From Octopus bimaculoides (taxonomy: Eukaryota): a stretch of DNA of 63,866 nt. The translations under genes and the position numbers were made by a program. The notes beneath the pieces are model-generated. The model did no database searches, was not told the DNA's origin, and worked only from the letters and a program-made list of their open reading frames with translations. Positions 37,880 to 49,542 of the stretch are shown piece after piece. The first letter of the stretch is position 1. Each line of letters opens with the position of its first letter. The stretch covers positions 6,873,261-6,937,126 of the forward strand of contig NC_069006.1 of the NCBI RefSeq assembly GCF_001194135.2. Direction: 5' to 3'.

Positions 37880-39272
37880 TGAGAGGTACAGGTTTGAGTC
37901 CCGTGGCTGTTTGCTGACATCTTTCGAAATTTACTTTCTTCTTTTTATTTTGGCCACCGACTTGGTCAGTCACGCTTCTTTGTGCTCCATCATTTTAAAT
38001 CTCTTTTTTTTTTTTTTTAAATCCTTGAAATATTCATGTAACGCAACGCACTCCTTGTGTTTTCTACCCATTTGTAAACATATTCTCGGAATATATTTTG
38101 TGCGATATTCACGTCTGTTTCTTTCCTTTCTTTTGCCTCTCATTTTTACCTTCCCCCTTTCTCTCCCTCCCTAATACTCCCCTCCGTTTCTTGTCCCTCT
38201 GTCCTCCCCGACTCTTTCTTTCTCCTCCCACTGTCACCGTGACCCGTGGCTATCTAAACCCTTCTTACTCTTTTTCTGTTGGCCACTAACTTGATCAGTC
38301 ACGCTCGTTTGTGCTCCGCCACTTTCCCCGCCACGGCTTCTTTACTTCTTCCTGTATCACCCCAAAAGACTTTGAGAAAATTTTTGAAATATCCTTTGTA
38401 TTTTTTGAAATTTTTTTAACTTTTGAAAAATTTTAAAAAAAGAAACATTCTGGAATTTCAAATGAGAAGTTCCAAGGGCCTCCTCGCTGTTCATGTAATC
38501 TATTAAAACCTCACCTCTTCACACTGCCTCAGTTTCACATCACCTTTTCTTAATTTCAATATTTCGTTTTGTCATTTTTCATAATTTTTTCTTCATTTTT
38601 CTCTTCATTTTTCAATTCTGTCGTCTTTCATTCTTAGTTTTTTGCTTTCCCCATCACTATTTGCTAATTTCTCAATTATCACTTCTTTCCTTCTACCTGT
38701 TCATTCCTCCTGTTACATTCACAGTGCCTTAACTCGTACTTATACCAACTTAGCTTCAGTTCTCTTAGCATAGCGTCCCCCGTTTCTCTCCGACACCCCT
38801 CTCACTTCTATCCTGTTGTTACTCTGTACTAGACTTCTTCCTTCGTTCTGCCCTTCCTGTGTCTTCAGACCTTTAGGACTTCATTTCTTTTTGCGTTACC
38901 CACACTCACCTGTCTGATATCCGTAGGGCTTCTTTCTTTCTTTCTTGTATAATTATTATAATCATTTTAGTTTATCTTGTGTTCGTCCTTGTCCTATACA
39001 TTAGTTAGCTATTCTCAGTGGCCGATAGTGGTACGAAACTACTAACATCTCTTGGACGTTAACTGATGGGGAATTAACTACAAATTTTCCGTGTTTTGTT
39101 TTTGTCAAACTTTCTGTTGTTTTTGTCATATTTTCCGGTTCTGCTTTTTTCTTTTTTAATCCTTGAAATATTCATGTAATGCAACGCACTCCTTAAGTTT
39201 TCTACCCATTTGTAAAAATATTTTTGGAATAATTTTTGTGCGATACTCAAGTCTGTCTCTTTCCTTTTTTTA

Positions 39273-39312
<40 letters not shown>

Positions 39313-39790
39313 ATACTCTTTTCCGTTTCTTCTGCTCTCCACAACTCTTTCTCCTCCCACTGTCACGTGACTCGTGGCTATCTAAGCTTTTATTCTTTTT
39401 CCTTTGGCCACCGACTTGGTCAGTCACGCTTTTTTTGTGTTCCGTCACTTTTTCCTGCACGATTTGTTTATTTCCTCCTTCGTTCTGCCCTCCCTGTGTC
39501 TTCAGTCCTTTAGGACTTTTCATTTCCTTTTGCATTACACACATTTGTTTGTTTGAGAGCCGTAAGGCATTTTTTCTGTTGTATTTGTATAATTTAATTT
39601 GTCTTGTTTGTTTAGTCATTGTCCTAGTAACTTTTTATTTTTGCACTGGCACCTCGAATGAAGTAGTAGTCCCAGTGATAACAGCATGAAACTACTAAGA
39701 TCTCTTGGACGTTGACTGACGAGGAATTAGCTACGAATTTTCCGTGTGTTTTGTTTTTGTTAAATTTTCCGGTTATGTTGAAATCCTTGA
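37880..39790. repeat. Degenerate tandem duplication of a 0.6-1.1 kb unit
   Basis: TTGGCCACCGACTTGGTCAGTCACGC x3 (~37950, 38280, 39405); CCTTGAAATATTCATGTAA x2; CTTCGTTCTGCCC..CCTGTGTCTTCAG x2; GAAACTACTAA.ATCTCTTGGACGTT x2. Confidence 0.8.
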
Positions 39791-40159
39791 AACACACACA
39801 CACACACACGCACACACAAAACTCTCGGCCCTTGAGTCACAGTAACTACTGCCGATGGTTAATAATAAAATATGCATATATACTCATGTTCAGAATTCTA
39901 TTTTCCTGTTTTAAGCAGTATATATATAGAGAGAGAGGGGGACGTAAGCTAAATGGTACGAGAGAACTGAGAACAAAGGAGAGATAAGCTTTAAAACCAT
40001 ATAAATAATGAAAACTGACTGGGGTAGATTGTTAGGGTTTTATTTAAAACTGGATCATACTACTCTCATATCTATTAGACTTAATCGAAGGGGGGTATAA
40101 CTGTAAAATTACTGTTCTTGATAGTCTGACCAGGTTTTGGATATTTTTTCCTTTTGTTA

Positions 40160-40530
40160 TTTCCGCCGAGGTTGACTTTGCCTTTTATCCCTTCGGGCTC
40201 AATAAAATGAGTACCAGTTGAGCAATGGAGGGAGGGGGTCGATGTAATTGACTTAACCCCTCCCGTAAAAATTGCTGATCCGGTACCAAAATTTGAAACC
40301 ATAATTATTTAATTACTGAATGCGAGGAGTTGATAGATTCGTTAGAGCATCGGGAAAATATCACTTTTCAGAATTTGCTCTGGCTCTTTACTTTCTAAAT
40401 TCAAATCCCACTGAGGTCAGCTTTGCCTTTCATCTTTCCAGAGTTGATAAAATACAAATACACGGAGGTCGGCAGTATCCACAAAATCCCGTCTCGCAAA
40501 AACTGTCGGTTTGGGTTTTAAATTAGAAGC
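40160..40530 (+). mobile_element. Two tandem SINE family B copies
   Basis: CCGCCGAGGTTGACTTTGCCTTT and GAGGTCAGCTTTGCCTTTCATCTTTCC. Confidence 0.75.
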
Positions 40531-40609
40531 AATTATTGTTTTATTCATTCTATATATAGTTTGATTATTTACGATTTTGGTTTAGCTTGGTTTGATCTGG
40601 GGTCCATTG

Positions 40610-40860
40610 ACTTCTCAGACCCTCCAAGATGACTGCAGGAAAAATGAGAGAATCACGAAGAAGAAAGGATTAGCCCTAAAGATTGATGCGAGGGAGAGAG
40701 ACAGAGAGAAATTAGTTGTGGGGGAACCAAAGATCATTATCACAAAAGGAAAGCAGCAGGTCTGTGTTGCCAGAGGTCAGAGTGTGTTAGTAAAGGACTT
40801 CATGCCAGTTAATCGGGTGGCCCTATTTGGATGCAGTCTAGAATATCTGTTCTAAATGCT
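40610..40860 (-). mobile_element. Decayed CR1/L2-group LINE fragment
   Basis: Minus strand ATTCTAGACTGCATCCAAATAGGGCCACCCGATTAACTGG resembles the ILDRIQxRATRL segment of the 25 kb copy. Confidence 0.5.
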
Positions 40861-41379
40861 AACTCTCAGACAGCTTTCTTTGAGTCAATCTATGATCATT
40901 TTCTTTTTTGTTACGACTATCCTGGACTACATTGTCTAATGTGTTCTTTCCCTTTTTCAAAGAAAGGAAGAAGTGATGTAAGAGAGACTTGGTTGCTATT
41001 TCTAGCAATAGTCCTAACCCAGCTCTGACAGAACAGAGCTTTGATTAAAATATTATAGCCGTGACCACTTCGTCTTTCAAACTACAGTATATGTAGAAGA
41101 CTACATTGTCGAATGTATAGTCTTTATTTAATACAAATGTTGAGGAAGATTTGCTGCTACTTCAAACAAACTGTTCGCGCAACCATGTAGCGGACCCCAC
41201 CCATTCCTATTTCGACACCCACGAAGATTGACTTTGCCTTTCATCCTTTTAGGGGTCGATAAAATAGGTATCATTCTGGTATTAAGGTTGGTAAAATGAA
41301 CCTTCCTTACTCTGAAAAACCGAGATTTGTCTATATTATTGTTTTAATAGTCTGCTGAAAGAATAAGTTTTTGTCATCG

Positions 41380-41508
41380 TTGGCAGCTCACCTCACCGAA
41401 TTATCAGGGGATGCCTGTGTGGGTGCTTGGCTTTTCCAACGTCTTAGCCTCGCCATCACCCGTGGTAATGCCACGAGCATGTTGGCCTGCTACAGTAGGT
41501 TCCGTTGA
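41380..41508 (+). mobile_element. CRE-clade (restriction-like endonuclease) non-LTR retrotransposon C-terminal fragment
   Basis: 43 codons LAAHLTELSGDACVGAWLFQRLSLAITRGNATSMLACYSRFR*, matching the QR(L/I)S(L/I)AIxRGNA motif I recall ending CRE-type ORFs. Confidence 0.7.
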
Positions 41509-41859
41509 ACCTTACGGTGTGCGACCAATTGAAGCGTTTGGTGCTACATAGATGGGGTTTTTTCTGTGATTTTTTTTTTTCTTGTTCATATTTTCAATAA
41601 AAGATCTAGTTATCACAAATCCAATGAAAAGCAACGAAAAACTAAATGATCAGAAGAAATTGTCTCGGAATACAGATTCTTCAAAGGTAGACAGTTTAGT
41701 TTTGTCTTCTCGATTAGTTATTTTATAAAGGACAACAACTTGGACTGATTTTATTAATGGTATTAGCTGCTATTTCTAACGGATGGAACGACCACGTAAG
41801 GGACTCTCTTTTTCTCTCTCGTTAACTCACTGGATTCTTGATGCTTAAGCAAGGCCATC

Positions 41860-43330
41860 TACGGTGGCATGCTAGTAGAATCGTTGCTGCACCAGACAAA
41901 ATGCTTAGTGTTTATTCTGGCTTTACTTTCTGAGTTGAAATTCTGCAGCAGTCAACTTTGCCTTTCATCCTTTCGAGGTCGATAAAATAAGTACCAGTTG
42001 AGCACTGGGGTCGCTGTAATCAACTAGTCCCCTCTCACAAAATTTCAGGTATTGTGCCTTTAAACCTTTAAAAGAAAGGATTATAAGACTGATCCGACTA
42101 GCGGCAAAGTCCATCGTGAAGATCGTCCTAACTCCTTCCTATGGCCGGGAAGGGCAAGCAATATATATTTGTCTGGTGACCTTAGCAAAAGAGGTTGTGT
42201 GGTGGATCAGATTGAAAGGGCTGAAGAGGGACACTTTCCTCTTTGGCTAACCCCTCCTCAACTTCTTTAAATTACGCTTGAAAAAGCAAGTGTGAGCGGA
42301 GAGGGAAGTTTTTTTTTTGTTGAAAGGTGGGTGAATATGACAAGAATGGCCCGAGTGAACGGGCCTGTAGATTGAAGGAAAACAATGAGGAAAGGGCGCA
42401 TTCTCTAGTGGTCAGGGGACTGTGGTTTTGTGGGGTTTCCATGAGCAGCCCTAGAAATTCCTTCTTTGGGGAATTTATTGTTACCGTTTTCCTTCTTTCT
42501 GCACACTTCTTTATATAACCTCATTGTCTTGTACCGTCTCCAATGTTTTGATTCACTCTTAGTGAACAGAATTGTTACAACGCTGGACACAATACTTAGC
42601 GACATTTTTACTGGCTTTACATTCTGAATTCAAATTCCACCGAATTTGACTTTGCCTTTCATCCTTTCGTATCGATAAAGTAACTACCAGTTGAGCACTG
42701 GAGTCAATGTAATCGACTATCCCTCCCACCTAAAAATTTGAAGTCTAGAGCCTATAGTAGAAAGGATTCGCCGTGGTCAACTCTGCCTTTCATCCTTTCT
42801 GGGTTGATAGATTAAGTACCAGTGAAACACTGGGGTTCGATGTAATCGACTAGTCTCCTCCCCCAAATTTCAGGCCTTGTGCCTTTAGCAGAAAAGATCA
42901 ATATCATTATGGCGGCGAGCTGACAAAATCGTTAGCACACTGGTCAAAATGCTTATTCTTGCGGTTCGTTGTTATGAGCTGAAATTACGCCAAGGTCAAC
43001 TTTGCCTTTTACTCCACTCGGGGTCGGTGTAATCGACAAGCTTCGTCCCCCAAAATTTCAGGTTTTGTGCATAGTAGAAAGGATTATTATTCGTATTAAG
43101 GCAGCGAAGTGGCAAAGTCGTTAGCGCGCCGGGCGAAATGCTAAGCGTAATTCGTCTGTCTTTACGTTCTGAGTTCAAATTGCACCAAGGTCGACTTTGC
43201 CTTTCATCCTTTTAGGGTCGATAAATTAAGTGCCAGTTGTGTGCTTGAGTCGATCAAACTGACTGGCCCACTCCCCACAAATTTCAGGCCTTGTGGCTAT
43301 AATAGAAAGGATTATTATTATTATTATTAT
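41860..43330 (+). mobile_element. Cluster of five head-to-tail SINE family B copies, interrupted by the Tx1 fragment at 42101-42570
   Basis: TTTGCCTTT(C)ATCC core at ~41957, 42651, 42783, 42999, 43195, all on the + strand. B box GAGTTCAAATT; (ATT)n tail at 43312. Confidence 0.9.
42101..42570 (+). mobile_element. Tx1/L1-clade LINE ORF2 3' end plus 3' UTR
   Basis: AAKSIVKIVLTPSYGREGQAIYICLVTLAKEVVWWIRLKGLKRDTFLFG*PLLNFFKLRLKKQV. Homologous to the AESIIKIVPP...AKEVIWKTR segment at 51.6 kb. Confidence 0.8.
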
Positions 43331-43609
43331 TTGGCAAAGTAACTTTGAAAAGCGCTTTCTTTTAATTGGATTTATAATTAGATACTAACAAAAAATAAAT
43401 AAATAAATAAAGCCAGTTAAAAGTAAAACTTCGGAAGTTAAAATCAGAGAAAAACGAGATCATTTTTGGCTAATGAGCAACAACACACTGCCTACAAAAC
43501 GTTTACTTTGGTGCTGCTGCTTTTCAAAATATGGAAGTCAAATATTATCGTTAAATTATTTCTCTATAATCATATTTATGTACTAAGGTGGTGGGGGAAT
43601 AGCTTCATT

Positions 43610-43745
43610 CAGTGCCGTCTTAAAGCATGAACACATTGGACAGTTGCTCGAAGACCCAAATTTAGGGGCTTACTGTCAAATAAATACAAATTGGCCAAGT
43701 GCGTTGATTTGCCTGGAGGCCCATCATGCTGCTAAGACGGCACTT
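43610..43745. mobile_element. Short TIR element (hAT-like ends)
   Basis: CAGTGCCGTCTTAA ... CTAAGACGGCACTT; no clean TSD. Confidence 0.65.
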
Positions 43746-44379
43746 CAGTACTCAAAATATCAGGGTCCGCCGCAGTGAAAGGGAACTGGATTTTAGAGAA
43801 AAGAATTTTCCTCACTGTAATATCTAGACAGACAAGATGTGGCAAGAAAAGACATTGTTGTTCGATGTAACTGAAGCGCAGGGGAGGGGGATTGATATTG
43901 ATGTGACTGATTATTGAGAGAAATAGCCCATGACACCTTCTGCATGAAAAATAACTAGTTATGTCAGCACTAACAACGTAATGAGACAAGAAATTATAAT
44001 TAAAACATGAGTGGTAGTGAGGAAAAACACGAAAAGCATAAAAGATTAATGAGAGACAAGGTGAAGGGAGATAACCTTAAGAATTGATTATTGTCAAGCA
44101 GTGAAAGAGTGAACCAGTCCGATTTTCGGTTAATACAGTAACAACTCTAAATATCAGCAATTAATTTAAATTTAGAAGCTGTCTCCCTTGCCTTTCTTTA
44201 CCAGAATTTATCATTACGCTGATGAAATGCTTCTAATCATAGATTTGCTCCAAAATTAACGTAAACTTAACAAAGGGTGGTTGTTTTAACTTGGTTTCAT
44301 TCTCTCTCACACACACACACGTTCCCTGCCTATTTTACAGGTTTTAATGATCTTAGACCTCCGCGCCAAAGTTTTAAGA

Positions 44380-44790
44380 ACAAATAGCGAAATACCATGG
44401 TTACAAAGTTAGAGGTTAGACACATAGAATAGAAAGGGAGTTCATAAAGAGGCAGTTTCAGTATAAAGGACTACACTTGATATTTGGAGCAAATTTATCA
44501 TACAAGAATATGAGGAAAATTTTGTACGCTGCGCCATCCTTCAACGGAGAGGAGGAGAGGTGCAGCAAGAACGCGCATTGAGGATGGTAGAAACATCTGG
44601 CCCAGTCTCAGAATACATGATGCAACAAAACTCGATCTGTTGAGCAGGAGTTTTGTCACTTACACCGGTGGGTGACGTCTGGAAGCTCTGGTGTTGTGAC
44701 AGAGGGGATCGAAACACATACAGAGCTGCTTCATCGCCTGATGTGACAGACTCTTGCATTCAGAGACGGGGTCCCTCGGCACCCTCGTAG
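44380..44790 (-). mobile_element. Probable heavily decayed Tx1-like LINE fragment
   Basis: GC-rich island. Frame-shifted remnants GDEAALYVF (zinc-knuckle-like) and LLSVEGWRSVQNFPHILV occur in the same order as in the other Tx1 copies. Confidence 0.35.
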
Positions 44791-44826
44791 CACAAGTGTT
44801 CTCACTAAATAGAAATGTATACTAAA

Positions 44827-45350
44827 AGGGCTTGGGAACACGGGGGTGCAAACACAACCCCTAAAGTTTGTGGGTGTGGGTGCAATGAAAACGCTTTGAA
44901 CAATCTCCTAAAAAACTCCATCGCCACAACGAACGAGCGTAAAACCATTTTCAGACTGATGTGAAACATTACTTTTCTATTATTGGATTTATCTGATTTG
45001 ATTGATGTACAAAAATAATAATAGTGTCAAAGTTTTGACACAAAGCCAGCAATTTCGAGGCGTTAGGGTAAGTCAATTACATTGATGCCAGTACTCTGGA
45101 TCTTATTTTATCGACCCCGAAAAGATGAAAGGCAAAAATCGACATCGGTGGAATTTGAACTCTAAAGACGGACGGAATGCCACTAAGCATTTTGCTTGGC
45201 GTACTAATGATTCTGTCAGCTCGCCATCTTAATGTACAAACATAATAATAATAATTATTATTATATCTGTGTTTGTTTTGATATTAAGATTGGAAAAAAA
45301 ATTGAGCATGTTTGTAAAAAAATTTGAACCAAGGTTTGCCAGTTTCGCTC
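44827..45350. mobile_element. Non-autonomous DNA-transposon-like repeat, copy 1 (split by a SINE)
   Basis: CCCCTAAA..TTGTGGG...GAAAACGCTTTGAAC...GTGAAACATTACTTTTCTATTATTGGA, shared with 48820-49115. Confidence 0.7.
45024..45231 (-). mobile_element. SINE family B inserted in a non-autonomous DNA element, with 19-bp imperfect TSD
   Basis: ATGTACAAAAATAATAATA (45005-45023) vs ATGTACAAACATAATAATA (45232-45250). Confidence 0.8.
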
Positions 45351-46442
45351 CCATACTTATGCATATACCAGTACGAACTTTTCGACTGTTTTCTGGCAAA
45401 CATTTTTAGATCAACTCACCAAAATGATTACTAACTTTTGTCTGTATTGTCACAGATACTTCTATAGCAACTCACCAAAATACACTATTGTAATTATCTT
45501 CTGTCATGCCCAATCTCCTTGTCGAAGTTGTAAGACCTTTAAGCATCCATTAAGTTTTATATAAACTTAATTCATTGCCAACTATTTACTTAACTGAATT
45601 AAATTATTTTCTTGGAAAGAGTGGTCTTCGTTCAATATTCTAGCATCATCTGACGTTATTTATACGCGTTACGACATGACACGCTCGCCGTGTCGTATCA
45701 ACGTCGTGTTGTCGGTCGTCATTTAATTTTGGCTTCTTGGAATTCGTCAAAAAATCAAAAGTCTCTTACTTACTTTAGCTATAGTTGGTGCAACCAGTCG
45801 TAACCAGCACCAGTAATTTTTCGTGGGTGACCTTTTACCTAGGTCTCGAAATCACGAGAGAGAAACCGTATGAAAGGACAGATGTTCTTGTCTTGTAATG
45901 CCATTCACATCTAAGATATCTTATGCAAAACGGAGTTTTAGAATGCCTGTCACTCAAAGACCTATACCCCATGGGAAAGAAAAAGGGTAAAATCCCTCCA
46001 CTTACTTATTTCTCATGCTGAAATTGTAAGTGGCAGCCAAACAGAAAAGATCCTTTCTGCGTTTCATACAAGAAAAATTACGATACTGGGTTTTATTTTA
46101 TTTTTTCCCATCTTTGCTGTTTCTCCCTCCATCCACTTCCGCACTATTTTCCTTAACCATGACGTGGGAGACTTCAATGGACCGCCTATTTTAATACTCC
46201 GCCTTGACTGGTATTTTATATTATTGGTCCTTGAAATTTAAAGGAAATGTTAACCTCGGTTGTATTTGAATTCCATAACTAAGGGCTCGAAACTAAACAC
46301 CACAAGGTATTATAACCAACGCTCTAACGATTCTACCAATTATGAATAGATTTCGTAGTTCCAATCAAATTATAATACAAACATTCGAATTATAATACAA
46401 ACACAGGCAGCTAGAAATGCCAACCAAATCTCACACTAATCA

Positions 46443-46562
46443 CGTCATCATCGTTTAACATCCGCTCTATATGTTGGCATGGGTTGGACGGTTTCTACGG
46501 TTGGATGTCCTTCCTAACGCCAACCACTTAGAGTGTATTGGGTGCTTTTTACGTGCCACCAT
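46443..46562 (-). mobile_element. Family C fragment
   Basis: CATCATCGTTTAACATCCGC...GGATGTCCTTCCTAACGCCAACCAC...TTTTACGTGCCACC. Confidence 0.85.
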
Positions 46563-47112
46563 TCAATAACCTAGTTGTAGATAATACAGCAAGCCTAAAA
46601 AAGGAAAAAAAATACTTGTGTGGTTACGGTTAGAAAATATACAACAAACGGTAAGAAGAGTTGTTGTGAAATGAGCTGGATTCAAAACACCGAACGAGAG
46701 AGAGGCAGCTTAAACATTAAGTCCTTATTATACAAGCTTCTTATTAAAAACATTCCATCTTTTCCTTCTGTTTTTTGGGGGCGGGATTTCTGTCTTATGG
46801 TGTGCCCTGGACTACATTCTCTGTTTCTGAGACAGTGGGGTCAGTCTGGTTTAAGGGATTTGGGCAGCTATTACTAGCAGGTCGAGCGATAATCTTATCC
46901 AGTACCTTAAATTTTCTTCTGCTTGCCTGATATATGTGGGGTGGGGTACAATGAGTAATAGTTACTATAATTTTGAATTTTGAGAGAAAAAAATATTTTC
47001 TACAAATGTTTACAACCTTGCAAGAAGTATATAAGCTAAGCAAATGACTTTCTCTAAATGCATTAAAAACTCTATAACATAACATTATTTCAGAAATTAT
47101 ATCCGTTCTCTT

Positions 47113-47518
47113 TACTCTTTTTTTCTTTTTTTTACTCTTTTTACTTGTTTCAGTCATTTGACTGCGGCCATGCTGGAGCACCGCCTTTAGTCGAGCAAAT
47201 CGACCCCAGGACTTATTCTTTGGAAGCCTAGTACTTATTCTATCGATCTCGTTTGCCGAACCGCTAGGTTACGGGGACGTAAACACACCAACATCGGTTG
47301 TCAAGCGATGGTGGTGGGGGGGGACAAACACAGACACACAAACATACATATATATATACATGTATATGATGGGCTTCTTTCAGTTTCCGTCTACCAAATC
47401 CACTCACAAGGTTTGGTCGGCCCGAGGCTATACTAGAAGACACTTGCCCAAGATGCCACGCAGTGGGACTGAACCCAGAACCATGTGGTTGGTAAGCAAG
47501 CTACTTACCACACAGCTC
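47113..47518 (-). mobile_element. SINE family A, young full-length copy with intact CpGs
   Basis: GACTGCGGCCATGCTGGAGCACCGCC...TTACGGGGACGTAAACACACC...GCCACGCAGTGGGACTGAACCCAGAACC. Confidence 0.95.
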
Positions 47519-48506
47519 TTTGAGCATATAAAAGATAAATTTAGGCAGGGCAAAATGAGTAAGACAAAATAAGGTAAAATTTGTCTTTTCAGTTCTCCAG
47601 AATCACAATTGAAAAAAAAATCATACACGTCATTATCGATCCTTTCACATCAGAAAGATCAGGTCAAATGAAAGAGTCTGAGGAAAATGGCACATGATAT
47701 GGAATGAACGAAACTCGACTAAATTTTAAAACTCATCATAAAATATTCTCTATAGCTCCTTCACGATCTGTTGGACTAGCTCTCTTCCTGATAAATCATG
47801 AAACACACAGTTAAAGAGAACAGATAATTGAAATTAGTCGTTACTCGTTTTGCCCCACTTTGGACATCAATTTTTGAAAGTTATGAAATTAGAAATTAGT
47901 GTGGGGTGAAAGAATGACTTAGAATCCAACAGATAAAAGAATTTTAATTGTTAAGCACCAAAAATTATCCAGATATTTTATTAGCAGCCTCAATTGCAAT
48001 CGGATCAATGTTGAGGAAATCGTTTTTGAAAAGAAAGTACCCGTCACCTGAATGCTTCAATAACTACGCCGATCAAATTTTTTTACTCCCCAAGATAATG
48101 TAACAGTCCAAAATAAGAAATTACTCATTTTACCCCACTTATCCATTTTGCTCCACATTCACCTCCTACTCTACAAAGAGCGCTTGAGAAGAGATGAACG
48201 TTGAAACTCCAATATTTCGAGAGATTAAAAGAGGAGCAAATCTATGTACATATGTGTGCACTGATTGATATGTGCATTTGTTACTTGATTTGTGACTGTG
48301 TAATCGTAGATGTGTATGTTCACTTGCGCGTGCATTTCAGGTGGACTGAACGATATTTGTTAATGTACGAGTGTCACAAGATATCACCGCATGAGCTAAT
48401 ATGTTCGAAAATTCAAGTGAACATACACAATTGTGAATGATGGTGTGTATATTTGTGGACGTATGTATGTGCATGTTCGTTCACGTGTGTTAAGGTTTAT
48501 ATAGAC

Positions 48507-48807
48507 TAGGCCTGGCCAACTCGAATTACATTGCGGGCCATTTTAATCACAGAAAGTTTTTTGAAGGCAGCTTGTATACTGACAGAATTGAAAGCATTTT
48601 GTTTTCTCATGCTGTTATTACAATAATAAATGAATGATTGTTGATTCAATATGAAATATCGTTGAAAAAATAGCAGTATCTTTCTTTTTCACTTTTCATT
48701 AAAATCTTTAATTTCTGATAAAAATTTTCAAAGTTTGTTTAAATAAACCCATTTCAAAAAAGTATCAAGCGAGCCTCAAAGTAAAAGACTCAGGTTGGCC
48801 AACCCTG
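48507..48807. mobile_element. hAT (Buster/Charlie-type) MITE
   Basis: Ends TAGGCCTGGCCAAC / GTTGGCCAACCCTG, subterminal GCGGGCC; TSD ATATAGAC / ACATAGAC. Confidence 0.85.
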
Positions 48808-48819
48808 ACATAGACATTG

Positions 48820-49115
48820 GCTCGGGTGCAGGAGGTGCGCTTGCAGCCCCTAAAATTTGTGGGAGGGGATGCAGTGAAAACGCTTTGAACATCGTCCAGA
48901 AAAACTTCATCGCTAAAACGCGAGCGTTAAAACATTTTCATGCTGCTGTGAAACATTACTTTTCTATTATTGGACTTATCTAATTTGATTGATGTAAATA
49001 AATAATTACTATTATAACAGTCTTTGTTTCTATATTAAGACTGAACAAAAAAATCAACCTTGTTTGTAAAACATTTTCGACTTGGGTTTGCAGCCCCTAA
49101 GCAAATTTCGTCCCT
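48820..49115. mobile_element. Non-autonomous DNA-transposon-like repeat, copy 2 (uninterrupted)
   Basis: Co-linear with 44827-45350 minus the SINE; TGCAGCCCCTAA near both ends. Confidence 0.7.
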
Positions 49116-49314
49116 GCATTTATGTATATAGTGTTATGTAGTAACAGGAGACTATCGAATTTACTCAATAGGTCGTAAATGGAGTAAGTAATTATACCCA
49201 CATACATTCAAGTGTTTGGTCAGTTTCATCGAGGTTCTGAATTAGGTTCAAAGCCAAGAGATTGATAGAGTTTGATATGCTAGGTAAAACAATAAAATCG
49301 ATGTTTAGGTGGGC

Positions 49315-49542
49315 AAAATTTGGATCTATTTTAAAACGGGGGCCACATTTTTCATTAATGTTTTACGTAGCGGTTTTGGTACGGAAAGACTTTCAAACTT
49401 CGTATACTTATCTATTTTGTGTTATAGAACAGAAAAATATTTTTGTATTCGAATTTTGACACATTCTACCAGTGTTCCAAGTTTCAAAGTGTTTCGTTAA
49501 TGAAAAATGTGGCCCCCGTTTTAAAAAAGATCCCAAAATTTT
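49315..49542. mobile_element. Foldback/MITE with ~44-bp inverted repeats
   Basis: AAAATTTGGATCTATTTTAAAACGGGGGCCACATTTTTCATTAA vs TTAATGAAAAATGTGGCCCCCGTTTTAAAAAAGATCCCAAAATTTT. Confidence 0.75.

Noticed and set aside
39074-39619. 181-aa K/R/E-rich minus-strand ORF
   Set aside because: Lies in the pyrimidine-rich tandem duplication and includes (GA)n; the equivalent region of the other copy is not open.
47245-47310. HDV-like ribozyme fold in the SINE A 3' half (TTACGTCCCCGTAA..GCGGTTCGGC)
   Set aside because: A P3/L3-like hairpin exists, but I found no consistent P1 or P2 pairing and no correctly placed catalytic C.
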